64,000 nt of DNA. Source: an uncultured Bifidobacteriaceae bacterium (GTDB lineage Bacteria; Bacteroidota; Bacteroidia; Cytophagales; UBA9547). Positions 8,670 to 17,091 of this stretch are shown here, piece by piece; positions within the stretch are counted from its first letter, which is position 1, and the number at the start of each line of letters is the position of its first letter. The stretch covers positions 4,836 to 68,835 of the forward strand of contig CAZNHL010000009.1 of the NCBI GenBank assembly GCA_964572965.1, in the 5' to 3' direction. The position numbers and the translations under genes are program-made. A model generated the notes under the pieces. It was not told the DNA's origin, did no database searches, and saw only the letters and a program-made list of their open reading frames with translations.

Positions 8670-11060
8670 ATGATCCGGAATTCCCTGCAAAAATTATTCG
8701 TACGTATCAGCCCAAAGCAAAAATGGAGTATCGCTGTTTTACTCGGATTTATTACCTGGTATACTTTTTTCCTGCTGCCTAAACCCCTATTCAAAGATCC
8801 AAACTGTACTATTCTTGAAGATAAAAACGGGCGGCTTTTAGCAGCTTCGATTGCCAAAGACGGCCAATGGCGTTTCCCGCTTATTGACACTGTTCCTCAA
8901 AAATTTGAAACCTGCCTTCTCTATTTTGAAGATCAGTACTTCTATAAACACCCCGGCGTAAACCCAGTTTCAATGGGTCGCGCATTGATTCAAAATGTCA
9001 GTCAAAGAAAAAAAATAAGTGGAGGAAGTACTATTACTATGCAGGTGGTCAGACTGGCAAGAAAAGGGCAGAGCAGAAATATTTATGAAAAATTAATTGA
9101 GACAATCTGGGCTACGAGAGTAGAACTGGCTTATTCTAAAAAAGATATTCTACGCCAATATTGTACATATGCACCTTTCGGCAGCAATGTGGTTGGCCTG
9201 GAAGCCGCATCATGGCGTTATTTCGGAAGAAAACCAGCCACACTTTCATGGGCCGAATCTGCTTTACTGGCAGTTCTGCCAAACTCTCCTTCATTAATTT
9301 ATCCGGGTAAAAACCAGGAAATACTTCTGAAAAAACGCAACAGGCTACTAAAAAAACTAAAGGACAATCAAATCATTGATGCACTAACCTATTCTCTTGC
9401 AGTAATCGAAAAAATACCCGGCAGCCCTCATTCTCTTCCGCAGTATGCTCCTCATTTACTTTCAAGAGCAAGAAGTGAGGGTTTCGAAGGACAAAGAATA
9501 GTTTCAACCCTCAATGTTCACCTGCAGCAACGGGCCGACGAGCTTATTAATCGTTACCATGAATTTTTAAAAGACAACGGAGTTTTTAATGCCTGTGCAA
9601 TTATTCTTGATATAAAAACAGGAAAGACCTTGGCATACATCGGCAACACACGGGTTAAAGAAAAAGAGCATGGTGGTTATGTAGACATCACAACAGCACA
9701 AAGAAGCTACGGGAGTTTATTAAAGCCTTTTCTTTACGCCTCGGCATTGGATGCCGGCCTGATAACTCCCCAAATGTTGTTAGCCGATTATCCGGTGATG
9801 ATTAATGGTTATAATCCACAAAATTTCTTCGGAACATTTGATGGCGCTGTACCTGCAAACTTTGCATTGTCCCGATCTCTCAATGTACCTTTTGTAAGGC
9901 TACTCCAGAATTACGGTAATGAAAAGTTTCTTTATAAAATTCAGAAAGCAGGTCTGGTATCTCTTAACAAATCTGCCCATCATTATGGCTTAAGTATTAT
10001 TCTTGGAGGCGGGGAATCCAACCTCTGGGAAATGACCGGGGCTTATGCTTCTATGGCACGCTGCCTGAATAACCGCTCGGAATGGATCGGAAATTATGAT
10101 TATAAAGACTTTCATCCTCCGGTATATATTGCTACTGATACTGCCAAAACATATACTCCTGATCTGAAAACCGAAGCAATTATCTCTTATGCTTCTTTAT
10201 GGACTACCATGAAAGCCTTGCTCGATGTTAAACGGCCCGGGCTTGAAACCAATTGGATGGAGTTTGGTTCTGCTAATCATATTTCATGGAAAACAGGTAC
10301 AAGTTTTGGATTCAGAGATGCCTGGTCTATCGGAGTTACCGGAAACTATGCAGTTGGTGTCTGGGTTGGTAATGCTGATGGTGAAGGCCGGGCCGGATTA
10401 ACCGGAGTGTCCACTGCTGCGCCAATCATGTTTGAGCTGTTTGGGCTTTTACCTAAAAGTTCCTGGTTTAAAGAACCTGTCGACGGCATGGCACAAATGA
10501 TTATTTGCAGACAAAGCGGAATGAGAGCAACATCACTCTGTCAGCCTGTTGATACCCTCCCTATTCCCAAAACTTGTTTAATTGCTCCCTCCTGCTCTTA
10601 CCATCAATTAATTCATCTTGATAAAAACCAATTACTACGTGTTACCGGCCAGTGTGAATCTGTAAATAATATGGACCATAAAAGCTGGTTTGTGCTGCCT
10701 GCTGTTATGGAATATTATTACAAAAAGAATAATCCGACTTATTTAAGCCTGCCTCCATACCGCTCAGACTGTGCCTTGACGGCAGAACAGCGGAATATGG
10801 ACTTCATTTATCCCAAAAACAACACAAAACTTTACATCCCGAAAGAGCTGGACGGCAACATTGGCAAAACTGTTTTTGAAGTGGCGCACAGAAAACCTCA
10901 AACAAAGGTTTACTGGCATTTAGACGATAGCTATATTGGTGTTACACAGCACTTTCACCAAATTCCGCTAAGCCCGGAAACAGGTAAACACCGCCTTTCT
11001 ATAGTAGATGAAAATGGTGAAGCTCAGCAGGTATTTTTTGAGATAATCAGTAATAATTAA
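8670..11060 (+). CDS. pbpC: Penicillin-binding protein 1C
   Basis: Transglycosylase motifs EDQYFY.HPGVN, GGSTITMQVVRL and RKLIE-like; transpeptidase SLLK (SxxK), SLN (SxN) and KTGT; C-terminal BiPBP-type domain (VYWHLDD.YIG.T). ATG 8670 follows a TACTTTCG -7-like element. Confidence 0.95.
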   Translation: MIRNSLQKLFVRISPKQKWSIAVLLGFITWYTFFLLPKPLFKDPNCTILEDKNGRLLAASIAKDGQWRFPLIDTVPQKFETCLLYFEDQYFYKHPGVNPVSMGRALIQNVSQRKKISGGSTITMQVVRLARKGQSRNIYEKLIETIWATRVELAYSKKDILRQYCTYAPFGSNVVGLEAASWRYFGRKPATLSWAESALLAVLPNSPSLIYPGKNQEILLKKRNRLLKKLKDNQIIDALTYSLAVIEKIPGSPHSLPQYAPHLLSRARSEGFEGQRIVSTLNVHLQQRADELINRYHEFLKDNGVFNACAIILDIKTGKTLAYIGNTRVKEKEHGGYVDITTAQRSYGSLLKPFLYASALDAGLITPQMLLADYPVMINGYNPQNFFGTFDGAVPANFALSRSLNVPFVRLLQNYGNEKFLYKIQKAGLVSLNKSAHHYGLSIILGGGESNLWEMTGAYASMARCLNNRSEWIGNYDYKDFHPPVYIATDTAKTYTPDLKTEAIISYASLWTTMKALLDVKRPGLETNWMEFGSANHISWKTGTSFGFRDAWSIGVTGNYAVGVWVGNADGEGRAGLTGVSTAAPIMFELFGLLPKSSWFKEPVDGMAQMIICRQSGMRATSLCQPVDTLPIPKTCLIAPSCSYHQLIHLDKNQLLRVTGQCESVNNMDHKSWFVLPAVMEYYYKKNNPTYLSLPPYRSDCALTAEQRNMDFIYPKNNTKLYIPKELDGNIGKTVFEVAHRKPQTKVYWHLDDSYIGVTQHFHQIPLSPETGKHRLSIVDENGEAQQVFFEIISNN

Positions 11061-11151
11061 ACTATTATGTCCTAAATATTACATCAACTTTACTAAAAGA
11101 CAAATATTTCTTATCATTGTTATAAAGCCTCTATAACAACCGTAAAAGCCC

Positions 11152-12477
11152 TTGGGAACCTATAAAGCCGATATCGTCCTTGTATATACTCCTGAATTAA
11201 CTCCAAGAATAAAGTATATTTTCGATTTAATTTTCCAGGATATTCTTAAAAAAGAGGTTGCATTAACAACCTCACCAGAAGACTTTCAGGATTTTCCGGG
11301 AGTCAAATTTTCATATGGGCAACAGCCTGTCAGCAACAACTTACACTTCCAGTCCTCTTTGCTTTTGTACGAAACCAATATTCGCCCGCAAGAAATCAGA
11401 GTAGTAGATTATCAGGGTACAAAATCATTTTTTGAGGTTTCAGGCGGAGAATTACCTTTCGATCCATTTTCCGCAGCTTTTTATCTTGTAACTAGATATG
11501 AAGAATACCTGCCAGGCCGAAGAGACAGACATAAAAGATTCAGAGCAGATGACAGTGTAGCTTTTAAAAAGCATTTTCTTTTAAAGCCAGTTGTAAACCA
11601 ATATGCCCTCCTTCTCAAAAATTTAATTCTCAGGGAATACCCCGAAACATATTTCCCTCATATTCCTTATACATTTACACCTACTTTAGATATTGATAAT
11701 GCTTATGCATTTAAGTATAAAGGTGCTTTAAGAGCCAGTATGGCTCTGGCCAAGCATTTCATTTTTTTCAATTTCGGAGAACTTAAAGCCAGAATCAAAG
11801 TTTATTCCGGACTTGAAAGTGACCCTTATGATTCTTATGACAAACAATTCAATTTACACGAACGCTATAAAGTAAAACCTATTTATTTCTTCTTATTAGG
11901 TAATTACAGTCAATATGACCGTAACCTGTCTCATAATAATGAAGCAATGGTTAACCTGATAAAACGTGTAAAAGAAAAAGCTGAAGTTGGTATTCATCCT
12001 TCATATGCTTCAAATAAATCTGTTTTTCAGTTAGGCATTGAAAAGGAAAGGCTTGAAGAAACAATTGGGGAAACTGTGACTAAGTCCAGGCAACATTACC
12101 TGATGCTCTCTTTTCCTGAGACTTATGAAAACCTGATCAAAATCGGGATTACTGATGATTACACAATGGGGTATGCCAGCCAGATCGGGTTTCGTGCAAG
12201 TATATGCTGTCCTTTCTTTTTTTACAATTTGGTTGAAGAAAAACAAACAACCTTACGCGTCCATCCATTCGTTGCAATGGACACGACCTTCAAACATTAC
12301 ATGAAGATACGTTCTTCTGAAATCTGTAAAACATTGAATCCAATATTTGAAGAAGTAAAAAAAATTGGCGGGAATGTCACTATTCTCTTTCATAATGAAT
12401 CAATTAGCGGAAAGAAGCGTCCTTGGAAACGTTGGACTGATATTTATGAAGAGGTATTAAGATTAGCTACACGTTAA
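11152..12477 (+). CDS. Polysaccharide deacetylase family protein with N-terminal extension
   Basis: PTLDIDNA (D-x-D), EVGIHPSY, SRQHYL, DDYTMGYA..GFRAS and ILFHNE are CE4/NodB-like motifs. Confidence 0.8.
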   Translation: MGTYKADIVLVYTPELTPRIKYIFDLIFQDILKKEVALTTSPEDFQDFPGVKFSYGQQPVSNNLHFQSSLLLYETNIRPQEIRVVDYQGTKSFFEVSGGELPFDPFSAAFYLVTRYEEYLPGRRDRHKRFRADDSVAFKKHFLLKPVVNQYALLLKNLILREYPETYFPHIPYTFTPTLDIDNAYAFKYKGALRASMALAKHFIFFNFGELKARIKVYSGLESDPYDSYDKQFNLHERYKVKPIYFFLLGNYSQYDRNLSHNNEAMVNLIKRVKEKAEVGIHPSYASNKSVFQLGIEKERLEETIGETVTKSRQHYLMLSFPETYENLIKIGITDDYTMGYASQIGFRASICCPFFFYNLVEEKQTTLRVHPFVAMDTTFKHYMKIRSSEICKTLNPIFEEVKKIGGNVTILFHNESISGKKRPWKRWTDIYEEVLRLATR

Positions 12478-12584
12478 TACCGGTCTGAAAATTTAACAAA
12501 AGAAAAAAGGATTATAAGCAACTTAACGGCGGTTAGCGTGGTTATTAATCATATATTGCGACTACTATTACTATCGTCTTTTAT

Positions 12585-13025
12585 ATGTTTGAGTTGCTGG
12601 CAAAATATTTCTCGATTATCCTCTCAAGTTCCCTAAAGTTCTTTTTGGGTCCTATTGCAGGGAGTGCATTTAACCTTTCATTTTGGGAAACGGCTATATG
12701 CACGGCGGTAGGTATGATGGCTTCAGTAATTCTCTTTGCCATTTTAGGCCACAAAATAAAGGTCTGGCAAGAAAAGAATTTTCCAAGAAAGAAAACCCTC
12801 TTCACTTCTAAAAACAGAAGAATCGTAAGCGTTTGGCAAAAATTCGGTTTAGCCGGAGTTGCATTTCTTACTCCTGTTTTACTTACTCCAATTGGCGGAA
12901 CAATTATTGCCACAGCCTTTGGCGAACACACCAGGCGTATTGTCCTTTTTATGCTTCCAAGTGCAATCGGATGGGCTATTGTAGCTACTGCACTAATAGA
13001 TGAAATTCAAGCTTTGATTCACTAA
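12585..13025 (+). CDS. Small membrane protein (small multidrug export-like)
   Basis: Four hydrophobic segments with W.KFGL.GVAFLTP.LLTPIGG motif. Confidence 0.7.
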   Translation: MFELLAKYFSIILSSSLKFFLGPIAGSAFNLSFWETAICTAVGMMASVILFAILGHKIKVWQEKNFPRKKTLFTSKNRRIVSVWQKFGLAGVAFLTPVLLTPIGGTIIATAFGEHTRRIVLFMLPSAIGWAIVATALIDEIQALIH

Positions 13026-14182
13026 ATCAGTTTTGCATGTACGTTAATCCATCTATTAGGCAACTCCCCGTTTGTTGCTGTTAAGTAATCTGAATAACTG
13101 CAAGGCACAACAGAGTTAACCGCATAACGGTGTTTTAGATCCGGATAAGGGACTTCCATCCACCATTTTTCAGAACGTGTACTTTTATAGAAAATAAGTT
13201 TATGGGGCTCTTGTTCCAAACTCACAGTGTACTTTGTGTAATGGTCACTTTCAAAATTGGTCTCATTATGACGGTTATAAAAACCCTCAACCAGATACCA
13301 CACCATCGTGGCAATTACCGAAGCTGTTTGCTCTCTGAAATCCAATTCAGGATTATACCCATAGAAACCTGCCGAAGTCAGTTTTTCGTTAATTCCTGCA
13401 TACCAGCAAACCTGGCAGGCCTCTTCGCCTGTTAAACCAAACGGAAGTGCTAAAGTATTGGCCGGCGCATCCTGCATTTTAATAGCAGAAATATCAAAGC
13501 TGAGCATGTCAGCCTGGCGGATAACCGGTTCAATTTCTTCCATGTTATCGCGAATCTGCCCTAATCGATAGTGTTCAAAATAGAATTTTTCAAGAACCGT
13601 TAACGCTTCCGGTTCATTCAGGTATGACTGATAAGCCAGGTTCGTAAAATTAAAAAGATAGTTAGGTTCATGAATTAACACCTGATGAACATGACGCAAA
13701 TGCATAGGAGCATCTTCCTTCGCATCCATATCTATAATAGCATCTACATTCAGGACATTGATCAGTTTTTCAAAAGACTCATAGGATAAATACTGTCCAT
13801 AAGCCATATCGTGGCTGCTTCCCAGTAAAATGGGAAAAGTCTTTTCTTTCATTAATACCTCACAAACTTCTTTCAGACGCAGGTAAGAATCTTCCAGTTT
13901 TACACCACAGCGTAAGTCACCCAAATCAACAATCTTATAACCCGATGATCCTTTCTTCAGCTTATACAGCTTTTCTCTGATGGCATCGGCAGCATTTGCC
14001 ACTCCTGTGTGGTTAGGCTGTCCACGATCTTCAACTAAGCCAATAATTGCAAAATCAGCCTCCTTCCAATCTGGAAATGATGCCTGATGTAAGCTGATAT
14101 GGTTTACCCATGCGTTTACGTCATTCGTAGCAGTAATTGTAAGTTCAGGGTTAATGGTGTCGAAAAAGATTTTCAGTTCCAT
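13022..14182 (-). CDS. Formimidoylglutamase/arginase (ureohydrolase) family protein
   Basis: IVDLGD, LGSSHDMAYGQY, NVDAIID, LSFDISAIK...PA and PFGLTGEE match ureohydrolase-fold motifs, with metal ligands partly degenerate. Confidence 0.8.
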   Translation of the reverse strand: MELKIFFDTINPELTITATNDVNAWVNHISLHQASFPDWKEADFAIIGLVEDRGQPNHTGVANAADAIREKLYKLKKGSSGYKIVDLGDLRCGVKLEDSYLRLKEVCEVLMKEKTFPILLGSSHDMAYGQYLSYESFEKLINVLNVDAIIDMDAKEDAPMHLRHVHQVLIHEPNYLFNFTNLAYQSYLNEPEALTVLEKFYFEHYRLGQIRDNMEEIEPVIRQADMLSFDISAIKMQDAPANTLALPFGLTGEEACQVCWYAGINEKLTSAGFYGYNPELDFREQTASVIATMVWYLVEGFYNRHNETNFESDHYTKYTVSLEQEPHKLIFYKSTRSEKWWMEVPYPDLKHRYAVNSVVPCSYSDYLTATNGELPNRWINVHAKLI

Positions 14183-14575
14183 GAGGAGGTCTAATGTAAT
14201 TGTAAGTTAAATATGAAAAAGAAGCTTCTGAAATCCTAAATTTTCGTAATAAACTACATTCACAAGTACAATCCCGGATAAAATTTAATTGATTATCGGT
14301 TTGGTTGAACCTTCTTTTGATAAACCTTACAGGTTTTAGCTATTGAGATTAGAATCTTTTAAACCCCTGCAGGTTTTACTAAGCGGATAGGCATAAAATT
14401 TATTACTTTTTTAAAAAAAATCAGGGAAAATGTGAAATTATATTTTGATTATGAGACAGTTACGAAAAAAGTTCTTTTTTTATCTCTTTTTTTCTCAAAA
14501 AGTGAAACATTAATCCGACGACCTCGTATAAGAGTGTAATTAAACCCTAAACTTTCCTATTTTTTGAACTTAGAT

Positions 14576-14602
14576 AAGGCCTGCGAGTAGTTCGCTGGCC
14601 TT
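14576..14602. terminator. GC-rich hairpin at the 3' end of the oxidoreductase gene
   Basis: AAGGCCTGCGA-GTAGT-TCGCTGGCCTT, one internal mismatch. Confidence 0.5.
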
Positions 14603-15251
14603 ATTTTTTTGCTATTTCTGATAATAAGTCATTTTCATACACACGATAGCCATTCTCTTGTTCTAAAGCAACCCTATGCATTGCCTTTGCCACGTCCTCC
14701 ACATGAATACCTTTATATTTTTCAGGAATTAAAAAATTAAGCGCATTATTAAAAACGATCCCAACACGTTCTCCTAATCTGTTCTCCGCCCTGTTCCCGA
14801 TCAACAAAGAAGGCCTGAAAACAGAAAGCCGTGGAAAATTAAGCCGAATCAAAGCATTCTCCATTTCCCCTTTGGTTCTATTATAGAAAATGGATGATTT
14901 AGCATTTGCGCCCATTGCTGAAATAACACCAAAATGGTTCACTCCTTTTTTCTTACAGGCCTCTGCCAGTCTTACCACATATTCATAATCAACCAGAACA
15001 AACGCTTCTTTCGAGCCGGCCTGCTTCATTGTAGTTCCTAAACAACAATAACAAACATCAACCTGCTCTGGTACCAACGGTAACAGGTCATGGTTAAAAT
15101 CAACCGTAATTTCTATAATTCGCGGGTTTTGAATTATAGATGTTGGTCTTCTTACTAAAAGATAAATTTCTGTAAAAGCCGGGTCACCCAAAAGCTCCTC
15201 CACTAAAGACTGTCCCACCAAACCGGTGGCTCCTGCAACTAATGCCCTCAT
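14601..15251 (-). CDS. NAD(P)-binding oxidoreductase, atypical SDR (YraR/HTATIP2-like)
   Basis: GATGLVG Rossmann motif, CCLGTT...AGS..AF..VD, SSIFYNRTKGEME and RPSLL.G.R. Confidence 0.88.
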   Translation of the reverse strand: MRALVAGATGLVGQSLVEELLGDPAFTEIYLLVRRPTSIIQNPRIIEITVDFNHDLLPLVPEQVDVCYCCLGTTMKQAGSKEAFVLVDYEYVVRLAEACKKKGVNHFGVISAMGANAKSSIFYNRTKGEMENALIRLNFPRLSVFRPSLLIGNRAENRLGERVGIVFNNALNFLIPEKYKGIHVEDVAKAMHRVALEQENGYRVYENDLLSEIAKK

Positions 15252-15297
15252 ATTTAAAAACTGCTTTTTATCTATATACGGGAAATCCCTAAAAAAT

Positions 15298-15324
15298 AAA
15301 CAGCCTCCAATGAGGAGGCTGTTT
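15298..15324 (-). terminator. Rho-independent terminator on the minus strand
   Basis: AAACAGCCTCC-AATGA-GGAGGCTGTTT perfect 11-bp stem; on the minus strand followed by ATTTTTT. Confidence 0.65.
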
Positions 15325-15513
15325 AACCGTTCTTTACCTGCATTAAGCAGTTCTAATCTAAAACCTATTATTAAAACTTTAAATGATTGGCATTTTCTTT
15401 GGGTCTAATTTGGTTACTTGTTGTGTTAACAAGCAAATACTGTGCCAAAATATTTTGCTTGTGCTAAAAAACTTTTTCCTCATCTTTGATGTTGCTGAAA
15501 AAACAAAAATACA

Positions 15514-15708
15514 ATGGCTGGATGCGGATATTTATGTCCTCAATGTGAAGGAAGAGGTTTTTTGGACGACACCAGTGAATGCAATTGGTGCAGCCCCGAA
15601 AAACCTAAGCAACAAACAAACTCACTACAAACCAAAGAAGAAGAATTGGAAGAATGGATTGCCAAAGTGCATGGTTCTAACTGCTGTAGTGATATAGGTA
15701 ATCACTAA
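15514..15708 (+). CDS. Small cysteine-rich putative zinc-binding protein (64 aa)
   Basis: CPQCEGRG, CNWC and C-terminal CC. Fits the intergenic gap and has an AT-rich translation initiation region. Confidence 0.7.
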   Translation: MAGCGYLCPQCEGRGFLDDTSECNWCSPEKPKQQTNSLQTKEEELEEWIAKVHGSNCCSDIGNH

Positions 15709-15715
15709 ACATTAC

Positions 15716-16330
15716 CTAGTAAAGCTTATCACAAATTTGAGAAAGCGCATCAGACAGCAATTCGCTTACCGGATTTTGTAATGCAACTTGCCTGACTGTT
15801 TCTTTGAGAAAAAGATTTTCTCCATTAACAAAAACCTTTCCTTGGGTAAAAGCTTCTCCTTTTTGGGAGAAAACAGATTTTCCGGTAGCAGCATCGGCAA
15901 TTTCTATATTGACAATCACTTTCAGTTCTATGTGCATTTTAGTAATGTCTACATAGTTAGTTGTACCGGAACTCATAATAGCAGTTGACCCTCCTTCCAT
16001 TAACTTTACAATAATCTTGACAAGGTTATGTCCGGGATTTGCCTGAAAAGCCTTTTTAAAAGATGTGCACATCGGATAACCCCACTGATCAAATTGTACT
16101 TTATTTTTCAGTTCATCTTTAGGCAACATATCAAGGCAGCCATAACTCCTCAATATACGATCGACCTGAAGATATGCACTATCCACCATACACTGGCGTT
16201 CAGGTGATGTAAAAGAGGTACTGATCAATAAATCGAAGTACGAGATAGCGAGGTCTTTTCTTGGTACATTCTGAGCTTGTGCAACATATAGACCTGATAC
16301 CAGAAATACGAGAAGAAGTAGTCTTTTCAT
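15716..16330 (-). CDS. Secreted hypothetical protein
   Basis: Signal peptide MKRLLLLVFLVSGLYVAQA. TATTTTTG -7 element lies 5 nt upstream of ATG 16330. Confidence 0.7.
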   Translation of the reverse strand: MKRLLLLVFLVSGLYVAQAQNVPRKDLAISYFDLLISTSFTSPERQCMVDSAYLQVDRILRSYGCLDMLPKDELKNKVQFDQWGYPMCTSFKKAFQANPGHNLVKIIVKLMEGGSTAIMSSGTTNYVDITKMHIELKVIVNIEIADAATGKSVFSQKGEAFTQGKVFVNGENLFLKETVRQVALQNPVSELLSDALSQICDKLY

Positions 16331-16354
16331 TTTACAAAAATAGAGGAACAAAAT

Positions 16355-16378
16355 AAAAAAAGGGCTTTCGCCCCTTTT
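16355..16378 (-). terminator. Rho-independent terminator
   Basis: Minus strand GGGC-GAAA-GCCC followed by a T run, right after the stop of the upstream minus-strand gene. Confidence 0.7.
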
Positions 16379-16382
16379 AAAA

Positions 16383-16838
16383 TTACTTGCCTTCTGCTTT
16401 TTGGATTGTTTCTTCTAAAAACAAAATGCTCCAGATGATGTTATCTTTATCTGCATAAAAAGTGATGTCATCCAAAGTATCTTTTACAGACTGAAGATAA
16501 GATGCTTTATTCTTAACCTCTTTATTTAAGTGTTCCGTATTTTGTGATGATTCCGGAATACCCATTTGCTTCAGGGTAGCGCCGGGTTTTGATTTCAGCG
16601 CGATGTAAGGAACAATTTCAGTAATAATAGAAACCCTTTCCATGTATATCTGAACCAGCTCAGTTTTACCTAAACCTTTTAATTCATCTACTGTATGCGT
16701 TTTCGTAAGTATTGCATTCGGACTTACATATGTATTGCCTGATGCACCTGCTACACCCTTATCTTTTTGTGCGAAAGCACTCATTGAAACGGCCGACAGA
16801 CCTATCAACATTGAAAATACTAATAAGTACTTTTTCAT
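16383..16838 (-). CDS. Secreted hypothetical protein
   Basis: Signal peptide MKKYLLVFSMLIGLSAVSMSAFA, helical mature region, own terminator. Confidence 0.75.
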   Translation of the reverse strand: MKKYLLVFSMLIGLSAVSMSAFAQKDKGVAGASGNTYVSPNAILTKTHTVDELKGLGKTELVQIYMERVSIITEIVPYIALKSKPGATLKQMGIPESSQNTEHLNKEVKNKASYLQSVKDTLDDITFYADKDNIIWSILFLEETIQKAEGK

Positions 16839-17013
16839 AATATACGTAATACAGTTTTTAAAAATTCTTTCCTTAAAACTAACGATAATCACAAAAAGAC
16901 AAAAATATTGTTAATAAATAAAGAATTTGCTTTAATATTTTCACTTATAGACCGTTACTAAAAAATGACAATTTATTCAAGTAAAAATGTCACCGCTTTT
17001 TATAAAAATGGTT

Positions 17014-17021
17014 TAACTTTG
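17014..17021 (+). promoter_or_regulatory. Bacteroidota sigmaA -7 element upstream of secA
   Basis: TAACTTTG matches the TAnnTTTG consensus, ~70 bp before the secA ATG. Confidence 0.55.
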
Positions 17022-17091
17022 ATATTCGAAATATTGTATTTTGTGGGCTGAGAAAAAAGCCTACCACAGTGATAAGCCAGAAGGAAAAATT

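Noticed and set aside
14451-14513. 20-codon Phe-rich ORF (MRQLRKKFFFYLFFSQKVKH) resembling an attenuator leader
   Set aside because: It is explained by T-rich intergenic composition, and no Phe-related gene lies downstream on that strand.
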